Positions 41,823 through 57,475 of a stretch of DNA of 64,000 nucleotides are shown here, in pieces. A program made the position numbers and the translations under genes. The notes beneath the pieces are model-generated. The model made no database searches. It was not told the DNA's origin and saw nothing but the letters and a program-made list of their open reading frames with translations. Numbering within the stretch: the first letter of the stretch is position 1; each line of letters opens with the position of its first letter. Source of the DNA: Eledone cirrhosa (lineage: Eukaryota); contig OZ024762.1 of NCBI GenBank assembly GCA_964016885.1, forward strand, positions 4,464,001-4,528,000. Reading direction: 5' to 3'.

Positions 41823-42489
41823 TGATGATAATAATAATAATAATAATAGTAATGATAATGATAACCATATACATATAAATATAGAGGATCATTAAAAAGA
41901 GAAGTTGAACAGAATTGCTGACACAAGCAACGACGTTGGAAGAACATTACTTAGAGTAGCCATTGGTATTTTAATTAAAAAAGAATAAAGACAGATTATT
42001 TTAATAAGAATAAAAGGCAGAGTAAGTTGAAGAGCAATAAAAATACAAAAAGATCAGGGATCTATTTGCGATTAAATATTTCACAAACAGGCAGAAAAAC
42101 GAGGGAGAAAAACACGTATGGAAAAGGAAAAAGACCCTAGAAAGTATTTTTTAAAAAAAAACAGACCGTTACAAAGCAGTAAAAATAACAACAAAAAAAC
42201 TGACAATAATGTTACTGTTGCTGTTGCTTTTTAAATTATTAAAGGGCTAAAAAAAAAAAACCAAGGTCCCTCTGGAGCCGAAAACAATTAGAAAATAATT
42301 AGCAAAGACATATAAAGCATGAGGAAAAAATGTCCATGGAAATTCCACAAGGAAATACCGGATGGGTTTGATTATAAAGATGTTTCCTTGTGGAATTTTC
42401 TTGGATGCTCAAAAACAGCAAAATAGGAAACGAAACGAAGAATATGTTTTCTTGATATTAAATGTAGACGTCGACACAGAAAGTGTAAG

Positions 42490-42543
<54 letters not shown>

Positions 42544-42702
42544 TTATAAGAAGAAGAATAGATTAAAGTTTGAGCAAAGAATCGCTGCTTTCACCCTGAA
42601 CGGGATCTTCTGAAACTCTGTTCTTATAAAAAATATTTCCTCTACGGGTTTATATATATAATCCTTAGGATAACAATTCTCGAAACTGAAAGGCACCCAT
42701 CG

Positions 42703-42734
<32 letters not shown>

Positions 42735-42752
42735 TGTATGTATGTATGTATG

Positions 42753-42985
42753 TTTTCTCTTTCTCTTAATTTCGAGTATATTTTTTGACCGGCCACCTTC
42801 CTGGTGGCAAGGTTGTAAAAGAAAAGAAATTGTCATCCCTTGAATCGCAAGAATGTTTTGCAAATTTTGAAGGTGCCAGCTATCGCAGCCATTTGTAGAC
42901 TATGAATTAGGGAGCTGCGCTTTTTGTCCGCAAATCCAAGTTCAGTCATACTTTGGTCCAAGCGGGTTGGTATATAACCCGTAGG
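42753..42985 (-). mobile_element. 5'-truncated R4/Dong-like LINE 3' end inserted in (CATA)n
   Basis: Minus translation TGYIPTRLDQSMTELGFADKKRSSLIHSLQMAAIAGTFKICKTFLRFKG* (stop at 42833-42835). (TATG)n on both flanks. Confidence 0.65.
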
Positions 42986-43041
42986 TATGTATGTATGTAT
43001 GTATGTATGTATGTATGTATGTATGTATGTATGTATGTATG

Positions 43042-43070
<29 letters not shown>

Positions 43071-43073
<3 letters not shown>

Positions 43074-43350
43074 GGACCCCTAGCCTTTGTCAGGACATTC
43101 TTCTAGGAGAAGGCAACTCAGGAAACTGGGATAACTCCGATATAAAACCTGCGGCTCAGTAGTTACCGATGATGTTGATCTTTTCTTCTTTTCGGGTTAT
43201 AGCTACTGTCGCTCAGAGAGTGGGACTGGCTCAGTGCACAGTCTTTCCTCACTTTTAAAAATATCTTCACGCACAGGCATTGCACGATAGAATTAATTAA
43301 TAATGTTATATCGTGCAATGGCCATACTCGATAACGAGGGGGCAGCCATC
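43071..43350. mobile_element. Unclassified ~280-bp interspersed element between (TATG)n tracts
   Basis: Complex sequence with an internal hairpin (cattgcacgata...tatcgtgcaatg), bounded by TATG repeats. Confidence 0.45.
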
Positions 43351-44028
43351 ATGTATGTATGTATGTACGTACGTATGTATATATAGAGAGAGGAGGAGTC
43401 GACCCCAGTACTAGTGCTTGTTTTATCGACCTAGAAAGAATGAATGGTGATTTATACAGAAACGTTAAACTTGATACTAGAAAGAATATGTATGTATACG
43501 TTTACTATTTCATAAAATAAGATCAAGTTTAATTAGAAGTTTTAGAATACCATGGTCAACTGACAAACTTTAGCCCCCAAACCCTGTTGAAACCCCCTTT
43601 TTTGTTTCATGGACTCCTAAAATATCACTGAACGTTTGTGTTTGTATGAAGAAAGGTTGGAGATTACTGCTAAAAACTATATGAAGATGGCCCCCTGTTG
43701 ACATTTTATTCCAGAAGAACTCACAAACATTGAAATCATTAATAATTTAATGTTTTTATTGAAGAATGAATGAATTATTATAAAACCCTAACCTGTAGTC
43801 TTTGTCATGTCTGAATCTGAAGCTACGTAGGGAAGAAACGCAGGGCCAATCCCAGCAGATTTCGATTTACATGGAAATTCATATTTTATATATATATACA
43901 TATATACATATATATACATATATAGGAAAATGTTTGACAAACATTTTCCTATTACCCACGCTACTACCCTAAATATTGAGTACTCTGGTGCGTTATGGTC
44001 CATCTGGTTCCTTACCACAATTCCTTCG

Positions 44029-44068
<40 letters not shown>

Positions 44069-44437
44069 CGAAGGCAGTGTGGTAATGAACCAGATGGACC
44101 ATATATATATATATGCAATCATATCATATATATACATTGACTACTTGGTATATAGTGTTACATTCATGTCTACAGTTTAACACAAGAGAAAATATATTCT
44201 TGGACCAATCCGTTTCTTGGATTGAGGAAAACAAGAGGGAATGAAAGAAAAGAGAAAAATAAAAAAAAAAACAGTTAATAGGCGAGTATCTGAAGAGTAA
44301 GGAGAGCAAAGTTTGGCAATGAAATCCATGAATCACAGCAAATGTTACATAAAAAACAACTCTATACCAGTTAATTCAATCCAACGTATTTTATGAGACA
44401 GTAACACAGAAAAGAAGACAATAGCTGGGGACCCTGT

Positions 44438-45340
<903 letters not shown>

Positions 45341-45362
45341 TGATTCATAGACGTAAAATATA

Positions 45363-45461
45363 TTGCGCTACCTTAGGTTTCAAAGCACTGGCGTGGTGGT
45401 GACTGCAGAATGTACACAGTGGTAGAGAATGCATGTGCAATGCCTAATTCATCAGGCACAA
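45363..45461 (-). ncRNA. Type I hammerhead motif with extended helix II
   Basis: Minus: TTGTGC-CTGATGA-attaggcattg...cagtgcttt-GAAA-CCTAAGG-TA-GCGCAA. A short inverted copy of the 3' half (ttgaaacctatggta) lies at ~45478-45492. Confidence 0.7.
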
Positions 45462-46431
45462 AGTTAATGTTAGCGTCTTGAAACCTATGGTACAGTCTAC
45501 AGTCTCCCCCACATTGAAAACTCAGATAACGCTATACATGTGACATGTAGGAATCTTGATTAAATGCACTCTTTTCCTTTTTCATTCCCATGGACATCTT
45601 TGCTACTTATTATACACACGCACATAGACACAGATACATACTCACACACACACACTCATACATACATACATGTATAGACATATATATGTATATACATATA
45701 TAGACATACATATGTATATACATATATAGACATACATATGTATATACATATATATATATATATATATATCGATCTCTTCTCTCTCTCACTTGCTCTCCCT
45801 CTCTCTTTCAATATATATATGATCTGTTATGAATATATATATTCATACATCATCATATGCATGTACACACATACATATATACAGACATACATACGTGCAT
45901 ACATACACACACACATATATATATATATATGCATGTATATGTATGTATGTATGTGTGTATATAATATATATATATATATATATATATCATCATCATCATC
46001 AGATAAAACGAATGGTGCGTCATAGGGATAATATAAATCTGATAACCTTCGAAATTATAACTGGTATCCCCTCAGGATTAGCCAACGAGGAAATGAAGTA
46101 CAGATTAACAACAGCAACAACAAAAACAACAACTTCTACAACAGTAATAACAAAAAAGAAACACCAATTATAAATGAAAACCAACAGCAACAGCAAAGAA
46201 AAAATAATTAAAAGATCTATAAATATATCACACTTAATCACAGCAGAAATTGGCAGACACCATTTTGAAATGTGTTGCTTTGTATGTCAATAATAATCTC
46301 CCATAAACATAAGGCTTGGCATTTTAAAAGAAGGTGGCTGGGTGGGGTCGGGCGAGGGTTGTATTCTATTAAATCATTTCCATTAATTCACTTTATTTTA
46401 CTAATAATAATAATATTGCAATTGTTATTAT

Positions 46432-46685
46432 CACGTGGCCTAGTAGTAAGGGTGTTGGACTTACGATCATAATGGTGTGGGTTCGATTCCTGACTGAGTT
46501 ACTTGTTGTATCCTTGAGTAAAAAGCTTCATCTCCCAGTATACTTGGCTGAAAATGGGTACCAATAACTAACGGCTTTACTCTACCATGGACTGACATCT
46601 TGTCCAGTGGGGAGGCTTGTACTCTCAGTCGCTTAACGCCACGGAAACAAAGGATAAGACTACGGGCTCGAGACAGACTTTAGAC
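46432..46685 (+). mobile_element. tRNA-derived SINE
   Basis: cgtggcctagtagtaaggg...ggttcgattcctg; the 3' part matches the reverse complement of 25250-25350. Confidence 0.75.
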
Positions 46686-46691
46686 TTTTAG

Positions 46692-46724
<33 letters not shown>

Positions 46725-47006
46725 TAAAGGGCATAGAGTTACGGCCCTTTGAGTTGAAATCCTGCTGATGTTAACTTTGCCTTTCATCCTAACGGAGTCG
46801 ATAAAATAAAGTACCAGTAATGCACTGGGTAATTGCTGGCCTTGTGCCAAAAGTAGAAACAATTATTATTATTATTATTCATTGAAAAGAAGGTTTTTAC
46901 TTTAAAACATCACGAAGAAATATATTGGGTAAACACCTTATCATTTATTACACATTTCACAACAATGCCTCAGGTAAACTATATTATTGAGATATGTTTT
47001 TTCTAC

Positions 47007-47134
47007 CTGGAAGGTACCACGGTGACATGGTGTTGGTGATCTTCATTGACATTATTGACGTTGAAGTTATTGACATTCGGGATGTTCGGTTGACAAATTA
47101 ACCTTCTTTATAAGGTGACCTTTTTCACACATTA
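47007..47134 (-). other. Candidate upstream (probably 5'UTR) exon
   Basis: Non-repetitive island bounded by ttcctatctcag| (47134) and TCCAG|gtagaa (47007). No clear coding link to the downstream exons. Confidence 0.25.
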
Positions 47135-47197
47135 CTGAGATAGGAACCTACTTAGATAAAATATATCAATCAGTTTGCTAATGTCTTTGAATGTATG

Positions 47198-47290
<93 letters not shown>

Positions 47291-47660
47291 TATATATATA
47301 TATACATACATATATATATATGCACATAGATATAGATATATATATGAGGACCTTACGCACACTTTCCGACTACCAAATTAGTCAACCCAGTCTCTTAATA
47401 ATTAGATAGACAGATAGATAGATAGATAGATAGATAGATACCATGTTATTGCGGAATAATATGTGCGTGATGTAGTACATATGTCGATGTATGGAAGTAT
47501 GGAAGCATGAAAGTATAGATGTATGGAAGTATCTGCCAATTTTGTTAATAAACTTCAGGTTAATGGGGAAAACACAGATGCCATTAGAAAGTAGGGGATA
47601 AAAAGAAAGAAGTTACATTCCACTCGCTCTCCTTTCACCTTAAACTATGTTCAATTTAAC

Positions 47661-47698
<38 letters not shown>

Positions 47699-48214
47699 CG
47701 ATGATGATGATGACGACGACGATGGTGGTGGTGGTGCTGATAATAATGATGATAGCAATAATAATTGTTTCTACTTTAGACACAAGGCCATCAATTATCC
47801 CAGTACATTACTGGTACTTTATTTGATCGACCCCGTAAGGATGAAAGGCAAAGTCAACCTCGGCGGGATTTGAACTCACATCGTAAAGGGACGTAACTCT
47901 ATGCGTCAAAGCATGGCGTAGCAATAATAATGATAATGATGGTGACAGAGCTGATGATAATGATTTTTGCCAAGACGAACTAAGATAAGCACGTGCAGTT
48001 TATAGGGTTTTCTGTCTATTAATGGCAAAATAGGTTTGGCTTTAATAAGGTGGCAAACAGGACCATCTAATACTATCCCCTCCATACCAAAGAACTCAAC
48101 ACATACCCTACACACATACTTATGAAAGACGGGTGGCATTAAATCTAGACATTGGTTCTGATGACAAAATATCTGTTAACAGTTCTAAGAAAAAAACCAG
48201 TCTGTCTCGAACTC

Positions 48215-48400
48215 GGAGCCTCATCAAGCCAGGTCTTATCCCGGTGGCATGAAGCGGCTGAGAGAACAAGACATGGCGTCAGTCTATCGTAGGGTTAAAC
48301 TAACCAGATACTGCCAGTACTCATTTCAACTGAGTATATTGGAGCAACGTGACATGAAGTGTTTTGCTGAAGAACACAACACACATCCCAGTCCAGGATT
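48215..48400 (-). mobile_element. SINE fragment
   Basis: gtactcatttcaactgagtatattggagcaacgtga..gaagtgttttgct matches 25381-25445. Confidence 0.65.
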
Positions 48401-48579
48401 TCTGCAAGAAATACTACCCCTTCCTTACACGACCTTACGACTCAATCGATTTGCTAGAAAAAGCAGCCAACAACTTGGTCTGATCACAGCCTATTTCTTC
48501 TAGAGAAATATATATACACATATGATTCCTTCGAAAAACAGTTCTAGTCCTTTAGAAGCCATTTCTATATTAAATTTTG

Positions 48580-48642
<63 letters not shown>

Positions 48643-48867
48643 CGTGGGTGTGTATGTGTGTGTGTGTGCGTGCGAGTGCGTGTGTGTTTTGTATGTGTAT
48701 GTGTGTTGTGTATGTGTGTGTGTACCGGGGAAAGTATCGATTCCTGTATAGGAGTGGTACTTTAAATTTCACCTCACTTGAATATGAACTCACAATTGAG
48801 GACCTGGCAGAGGGTACATATTTATCCACTCTATACCTACAGCTATTTATCTAAGGTGTTTAGCTGT

Positions 48868-49110
48868 GAGTTCGAGCCCCGGTGGCCTGACGTTTTTTTT
48901 GTCTTTATTTCATTCACAAGTCCACTCAGTTTACAAATATTAGTTGTACATGTAATCCAAAGGACCAGCCTTGTTTTACACTGTGTCATGGCGAGAAACT
49001 CTACGTTAAGGGAATACAGGACTGTGGAATGCTCAGACACTTGCACGTTAATCATATATATTGTTGCAGGACGATGGTTGTTTTGCCAGGAGGCGAGAAC
49101 ATAGTTTAAG
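48868..49110 (+). mobile_element. SINE (decayed)
   Basis: B box gagttcgagccccgg; the body is the reverse complement of 13730-13850. Confidence 0.6.
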
Positions 49111-49649
49111 GGGTTTAGCACTTCCAGGAACAGCCAGTTCTGGCGAAAGGGGTCGATTGTAGCTTTATAGATTACCGTTGCTTGGATTCCTGGTGGGTTT
49201 AGATGTATTTACGTTCAAGTTAAGGCAATCGAAGGTCACATATATACATTGTGTGTGAGTGTGGGGGGGGGGGGGGGAGGTGAAATGTTTATATCTCATC
49301 ATTAATATAATTAATTAAGTGACTAATTAATTTAGGTGATTAGTATTGTATCTCCGTTAATCGAGACCTTCGTCGAAATAAATGATATTCACCGAGTAAA
49401 GCCGTGAGTTACTTTCTCTGAAATGTGTATCTATCACGGATCGATCTAACCCTGCTACCACCAGATACCCACATCTTCTCACCCCATCTACCGATCCTCG
49501 GTAACAATTCTCACTATCACTGTGTATGCCCCGCATTCCATTCAAGCCCTGATCCCCCACACCAGACCCTTTAGTGTCTGTTCTTATCACCCCTCTCACT
49601 CTATAGCGTAGAGAGGACCCTTCCTTTGAGTAAATGACTGACCATATTT

Positions 49650-49940
49650 ATAGTGCTGGTGTTACGAAAAATGCACCCAGTACATGCTGTAAAATGGTTG
49701 GCGTTAGGAAGTGCACCCAGCCGTAAAAGAAACGTGCCATATAAACAGTTGAGAATAACTTTTAGTTGTGTCAAAGACACGACAACCTCCTTGGTGTTGG
49801 TGCAACGATAAAAGACACCCAGTACACTCTGTAAAATGCGGAAGAGAAGTAACATCCGTCAGATTCTTATATGGTCTATGCGACGACCTATTCAACTCAT
49901 GCTATCAGGGAAACCGGATGTTAAAGGATGATGATGATGT
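49650..49940 (+). mobile_element. SINE 3' region with internal duplication and (GAT)n tail
   Basis: cacccagtaca..ctgtaaaatg occurs twice; ends cggatgttaaaggatgatgatg. Confidence 0.55.
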
Positions 49941-49952
49941 ATATAATTACAA

Positions 49953-49994
<42 letters not shown>

Positions 49995-50574
49995 CAGATA
50001 CAATGCCAGAGACAGGTAACTCTTTATATCTTTATCTATCTTCATATTTGGTATTACTACTGATGCTGCTGATACTTCCAGTCACATATTGACTGTTGCT
50101 GCTGTTCCCATCAGAATAAGACAGCCTCTTTTCTTGCCGACCTCGGCTTGGCGTAAACGTGCCCCACTGCTCTCTTGTTCCCCTATTCCAGAGCTAGAAC
50201 AACAGAAATGTGGGTTCTGTTGTGCGGGCTATATACACTGTCCTTCCTCTCCCACGAGAAACTATGTTGGTCTAGAAGGAAGCTGATGATTCATACTACG
50301 CCAAAGTTCTATTTTACTTGTTAGTTTACTTTCTCCCTTCTTTCTACATTATTCTAATCCTTTTTCGCAATTCTCCAAATGTTCTGGTCCATCGATCTCA
50401 TTCCCGCTTTTCTCTACCCCTCTCCTCTTCTTTTCTCTCCCTCTCTCTTTCACCCTCTCTTTCTCATCTCCCGCTCTCCGTTCAATATGTGGTTATATCT
50501 TAACCCAACCTTTTACTATACATATAGTATTCAGGTGTTTATAGTTACCCTTCGCGCTGAGAATACAACAACTT

Positions 50575-50641
<67 letters not shown>

Positions 50642-50814
50642 TATACGATATTTAAATATTTTACTTGTTGTAACCCAACAATTTTAAATAAAACATTTGC
50701 ATATATATATATATATATAAATAAATAATATGAATATGCATAAATGTCTACATACATATATATGTATATATAATGAAATATGTTGATAGAAAAATTAGCT
50801 TTTAAATGATTCTT

Positions 50815-50919
50815 AATTCCTTACATATGTTTCAGGAGAGTTTTACATCAAATTATTCGAATGGTGTTAGGTGGAACTTCGGATAATGAAGATCGATGCA
50901 TCTCCATCTTCGGAGCATT
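50815..50919 (-). ncRNA. Decayed hammerhead motif (CCGAAGA variant, long helix II)
   Basis: Minus: CCGAAGA-tggagatgcatcga...ttgatgtaaaactctcct-GAAA-CATATG-TA-aggaatt. Helix II pairs well; helix I is imperfect. Confidence 0.5.
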
Positions 50920-51046
50920 ACAAACAACATTAGGTTGAAGCAGAATATATCCGCTATTCGATTCCCACCATGCACCTGTCTACCGATTGGATTAGTGAGT
51001 GAAACTGCGTGACAATTATATTCTATCATACATAATTCTACTTTGC

Positions 51047-51143
<97 letters not shown>

Positions 51144-51297
51144 ATATACACATTACACACACATATATATACATATATATATATACATACATATATCAAT
51201 ACATATATATAGTATATATACATACATGTATATAAACACATACATATATATGCATACATATATATATATATATACACACGTACATTTATATACATAC

Positions 51298-51347
<50 letters not shown>

Positions 51348-51404
51348 ATAAACTTCAAAGCAGTAACATCATATTAAATTCATACACAACTTAATACTTT
51401 TTTC

Positions 51405-51498
51405 ATATATATAAATATATATATAATATATATATACATACATACATAGTTATATATAATATATATATATATATATAATATATATATATATAATATAT

Positions 51499-51530
<32 letters not shown>

Positions 51531-51756
51531 ATATATATATATATAATATATATATATATATAATATATATATAATATATAATATATATAATATATATATA
51601 ATATATAATATATATAATATATATATAATATATAATATATATAATATATATATAATATATATAATATATATATAATATATAATATATATAATATATAATA
51701 TATATAATATATATATAATATATATAATATATATATAATATATATAATATATATAT

Positions 51757-51809
<53 letters not shown>

Positions 51810-52137
51810 GATAATATATATATAATATATATATATATAATATATAATATATATAATATATATATATATATATAATATATATAGATAAAATATATATATA
51901 TATATATAATATATATATATATATATAGATAATATATATATATATATATATAATATATAGATATATATATAGATAATATATATATATATATATATAATAT
52001 ATAGATATATATATAGATAATATATATATATATATATATAATATATAGATATATATATAGATAATATATATATATATAGATAATATATATATATATATAT
52101 ATATAGATAATATATATATATATATATATATATATAG

Positions 52138-52171
<34 letters not shown>

Positions 52172-52199
52172 TAATATATATATATATATATATATATAG

Positions 52200-52244
<45 letters not shown>

Positions 52245-52284
52245 TATATATATAGATAGATAATATATATATATATATAGATAG

Positions 52285-52355
<71 letters not shown>

Positions 52356-52359
52356 GATA

Positions 52360-52448
<89 letters not shown>

Positions 52449-52555
52449 TATATATATAGATAATATATATATATATATATATATAGATAATATATATATA
52501 TATATATATATATATAGATAATATATATATATATATATATATAGATAATATATAT

Positions 52556-52587
<32 letters not shown>

Positions 52588-52732
52588 ATATATATATATA
52601 TATAGATAATATATATATATATATAGATAGATAATATATATATATATATATATATAGATAATATATATATATATATATATAGATAATATATATATATATA
52701 TAGATAGATAATATATATATATATATAGATAG

Positions 52733-52766
<34 letters not shown>

Positions 52767-53521
52767 TATATATAGAGAGAGAGAGATTATCAATGTCGAG
52801 GAGTCAACCGAATCCTTTCTTTTTTTCACCCACATGACTGAACTTAATTGTGAATATATTGTAGTAACATGATCAAGAGAGGAAATATTGTTTTTTATGT
52901 GTGTCAATTGAAAATAGATATATATTATATATATATTTATTTATATATATATGATATATATATATATTTATATATATATGATATATATATATATATTTAT
53001 ATATATATAAATATATATATATATATTTATATATATATAAATATATATATATATATTTATATATATATGATATGATATATAAATATATATATAAATATAT
53101 ATATATTTATATATATATGATATATAAATATATATATAAATATATATATGATATGATATATAAATATATATATAAATATATATATATATGTATGTATAAA
53201 TATATAAATATATATATATGTATAAATATATATATAAATATATATATATATGTATAAATATATATATGTATATATGTATAAATATATATATATATATAAA
53301 TATATATATATGTATAAATATATATATATATATGTATAAATATATAAATATATAAATATATATATAAATATATGTATAAATATATAAATATATATATAAA
53401 TATATAAATATAAATATATAAATATATATATAAATATATAAATATAAATATATATGTGTATAAATATATAAATATATATATATTTTTATATATATACATA
53501 TATATGTATATATATATGATA

Positions 53522-53556
<35 letters not shown>

Positions 53557-53560
53557 ACAT
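51405..53560. repeat. Long interrupted (TA)n arrays
   Basis: Two tracts separated by ~130 nt of complex sequence at 52785-52915. Confidence 0.95.
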
Positions 53561-53929
53561 ATATCTTATGGTGTGTTATCATGGTTGATGCTGATAATAT
53601 TATATATATATATATATATATCTATATACTTATAAAAATACATATACCTATATAAATATATAGATTGTTAGATGTATATATAGGAAGGGTCCTCCACTGG
53701 TATCGACGTCGACCATTCAGCCGTTTGATAAACGGAATGAGACGCTTAAGTAGTGAAATATTCCACAAACACGTGTACCCTTAATGTAATTTCCAAGTCA
53801 AATCAAAGTCAAATTACAAAAAAGGACAAAATCCATCTGTCGGGCTTCCATACAGATTCCGTCTACCCAATTTCACCCACAAGTCATGGGTCAAATCAGG
53901 GCTATGGTAAAGAGAATTATTGAAGATAA

Positions 53930-55380
53930 TACAGTTAAAGTCTTTCTTCGATTTTGTATTTAAAATATATTACTGATATAAAAGCCTTTCTATTGCAAGA
54001 ATACGACATTACTCTCCCCCAGCACTTCCACAGGAGCTGATATATCTACGAACTTCCTTTCAGTTCCCATGTGTAGATGGAAAGTGTAGTTATATGTTTT
54101 TGTACTGTGGCACGGAAAAAATCCAGATGTTTGTTGTAGTATATTTTAAAGGTATTTGCTGAAATTCCTGCATAAGCGTAATCCATCCAGTGAGAACACG
54201 AAATATGTTATTAAATATTTGCTTAAAATGATGGGGATTTTATGGGAAACGTTTTTAATTACATTGTTAATTAGAAAATTTGTTATTATAGCATTTTATT
54301 TAGGTTTCTGTAAGAGTAAAATATGCCATATTAATGTTTAGTGTGTCATCTAACAAGTTAACAATACAAATTTGTCATGCTATTGTAATCTTAAAGCCTA
54401 GCTCTCGAATAAATAAATGTCCGTGTTTTCTAATGTAGGCAGTGGCTCTGATGTTTCCATAATTTACTGCAATTAATCTATTATTCCGATACAGACCGCC
54501 TTCGAATGTCTTGTATTTAATGCAGGATGTAAAACCCAATAAAATGTTAGATGATGTTGCTGTTTTTTATCCAGAGGGACTCTTCAAACTTAATCACTGC
54601 TTTCCGTGCCTGTACGATAACTCAAATTCTATGTCTCTCTTTCCTATTCAGGGAGTTGGCGTATTCTAGTGCCTTATTAAAGTATGATTATAGAACAATA
54701 GTGGTTATGTGTGCCAAATAGGATACACGTGGTTTTATCTACCTTATCTCATGTTTATCCAGAGGCTTACCCTATTATTGTTTTACTAAAGGAATTATAA
54801 TATCTAGTATTATTTTACTGATACGTTCTGCGTTGGATTTAGTTGGATCTATTAATCTAATAACAGAGCTGAGTAGAAGGTCAGTCAAGTCCTCTTTAAA
54901 GAAAAAAACTGGGATTTTAGATCTAGGGCGTTCAACCAAACATTATTTTCTTATTCAGTGGTTAAAGCTTTGTCCTACATTGTTAAAATATTTTCAATTA
55001 TCTGTATTAGTCTCCCTATAGTTATAAATTGAGATATTCTAATAAATCTGAACGCATCTGTCGAAATCTAATAGGTTATAAGTTCCTAGTCACATCGGAG
55101 CGCACAATAACTTCGTCGGCATTTTCAAATAATTTTATCATTTGTTTGTGCTACAAAATGAAAACATTGGTGGCATTTTTCAAACGAAGTCACTACTTAC
55201 AGAAAGTAGCTTCACTTCAAATGACGCCAAGATCAGATTCTGTGGTGGTACTTTGAATGTTTTAAACACATTGTCGTCGAAAACCCTATCTACAGCTGAA
55301 ATGCTTAGCACTGGAAGGAAACCAAATTGTGGATTTCGGAATATTTATATAATTCCATATGTGAAATGGAAGATGTGGAT
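53930..55380 (-). mobile_element. Decayed Penelope-like retroelement (RT + C-terminal GIY-YIG endonuclease), frameshifted and internally deleted
   Basis: Manual minus-strand translation gives collinear PLE-type motifs: FKVPPQNLILASFE, VIVRSDVTRNL, RLIDPTKSNAERISKIILD (~54805-54860), NKALEYAN, QARK..SLWIK, GGLYRNN (decayed GLYRDD, ~54480-54500), LGFKITI..IVNLLDDTLN, YAGISANTFKIYYNKH, TLSIYTWELK, ILNTKS. Multiple stops and frameshifts. Confidence 0.82.
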
Positions 55381-56179
55381 GACATGACAAACAAACATAT
55401 CTATATGTACATACATATCTATATATATACATACATATCTATACTAGTCAATATATACAATTACCAGAAAAGGTAAAATATATTTTCACGTGAGCATGAT
55501 ACGAACATGAGCCGACAGATTTAGTTTTGAGGCTTATTAAATTTAATTCAGCAATATTTATTCACTATATGACAGACACAGAGACGTTGTTATATATATG
55601 TGTGTGTGGTGTGGTGTGTGTGGTGTGGTGTGTGTGTGTGTGTGGTGTGTGGTGTGTGTGTGTGGTGTGGTGTGTGTGTGTGTGTGGTGTGGTGTGTGTG
55701 TGTGTGTGGTGTGTGGTGTGTGTGTGGAGTGTGTGGTGTGTGGTGTGTGCGAATGTGTGTATATACACATATATATATATACATATATATATATATATTA
55801 AAAAAAAATATATATATATATATATTAAAAAATATATATATATATAGAGCATAAAGGAAGGAAATATAAGTGAGGGGGGTTATATGTGAGGAGAAGACTA
55901 TAACTTATAAAAGCTTTTGAATAGTCATAAAGAGAAGAACCTACATATTTATGCACATACATGTGTAGGCGGTTGGGTGTGCGGGGGCGCGTGATAGTAT
56001 ATATATATATACACACACACGTATATATACATAAAATTAAAATAAAAATTCCATACATTTTGAGAAGTCAACATTCAATTAGCTGAAATGTGCAGCAGGT
56101 ATCAAACGGATTTCCAGTTGATAGCAATGTAGTGTAATGTAAATTTTGCTCACACACACACACACACATACACATACAT

Positions 56180-56239
<60 letters not shown>

Positions 56240-56330
56240 TTAGTATATGTTGGTTGTTTACCGAAATATATATAGCAGTATATCTATAATTTATAATAAA
56301 CGAAGCCAAATTTTACATATTTGACTTAAT

Positions 56331-56385
<55 letters not shown>

Positions 56386-56410
56386 TATATATATATATAT
56401 ATATATATAT

Positions 56411-56453
<43 letters not shown>

Positions 56454-56577
56454 TATATATATATATATTTCGTTTCTGAATTTGTTTAGCAAGATTCTTT
56501 ATCTGAAATCGTGTGTTGAAACCGATATTGTTATACTTTGGGAGGGTCATGTTGCCAATATGACCCTCCCAAAGTAT

Positions 56578-56638
<61 letters not shown>

Positions 56639-56725
56639 TGTAAGGTACCACTGGAAGTGTTTCGTAATACAGATTTCAAAACGCTATACATTTACGTCTA
56701 TAAAATGAGATAACTCACGTGTGTA

Positions 56726-56786
<61 letters not shown>

Positions 56787-57424
56787 GTGCGTATATATAT
56801 ATATATATAACATATATGTTTATATATTTAAACCATATATATACGACAGAGAGAATCCAGAAAAATACTAAATATATATACTATATACGCAGACATGAAT
56901 ATAATAGCGCTAGTCTTGGAATACTCACATGGATTTGTTTTGTTTTTGTGTGTCTGTTGTAAACAAATAAAAGGCTTCTTCAAATGACATCTGTATTCTG
57001 TGGTAGCTGTCTTTCTCTCATTTAACTCAGTCGTCATCTGTCATGACCAAATTCTACACTTGTCCTTCAGTAAGCTGACGATGTCACTCCATCAATTTTA
57101 CAATCAATTTCATAATTTCGTGCTCCGTGCATTTTTTCCGATATTTTTGTTCCCTTTCAGCTCCTTACATTCGGGGTTCAGCTTCAAAGGTCTTCCCTTC
57201 TCTTTCTTACAATCGTATATAAACGTTTGTTGTTTACCTCAGTCAAGCATTTGACATTTATTCCACTCACTATCTGTGATATCGATAAACATAAATCCAT
57301 CCTCTCTTATTCATGGTGATATCTGCACTAGTTTTAGATATTTTCAACGAAGGGTAGAGCAGAATATATGAGGAAAGTAAAGTCAGCATATCCCAAGGTG
57401 TTACTATAACGGCTGATGACAATA

Positions 57425-57475
57425 CAAATGGCGGCAACGTCACTTCCTGTCTAAATCAAGACACGTGACGTCAAG
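57425..57475. promoter_or_regulatory. Dense motif cluster (YY1, ETS, E-box, CRE)
   Basis: CAAATGGCGGC, ACGTCA, CACTTCCTG, CACGTG and TGACGTCA within 50 bp. Confidence 0.45.

Noticed and set aside
48151-48201. CTGATGA...GAAA flanked by complementary attggtt/aaccagt
   Set aside because: No UH cleavage site or helix III and a poor helix II base; chance or too decayed to call.
50032-50250. Possible minus-strand exon (LWNRGTREQWG...TKYEDR*) with an upstream TATA-like motif
   Set aside because: Short and stop-terminated, with no donor or link to the gene model; unsupported without RNA data.
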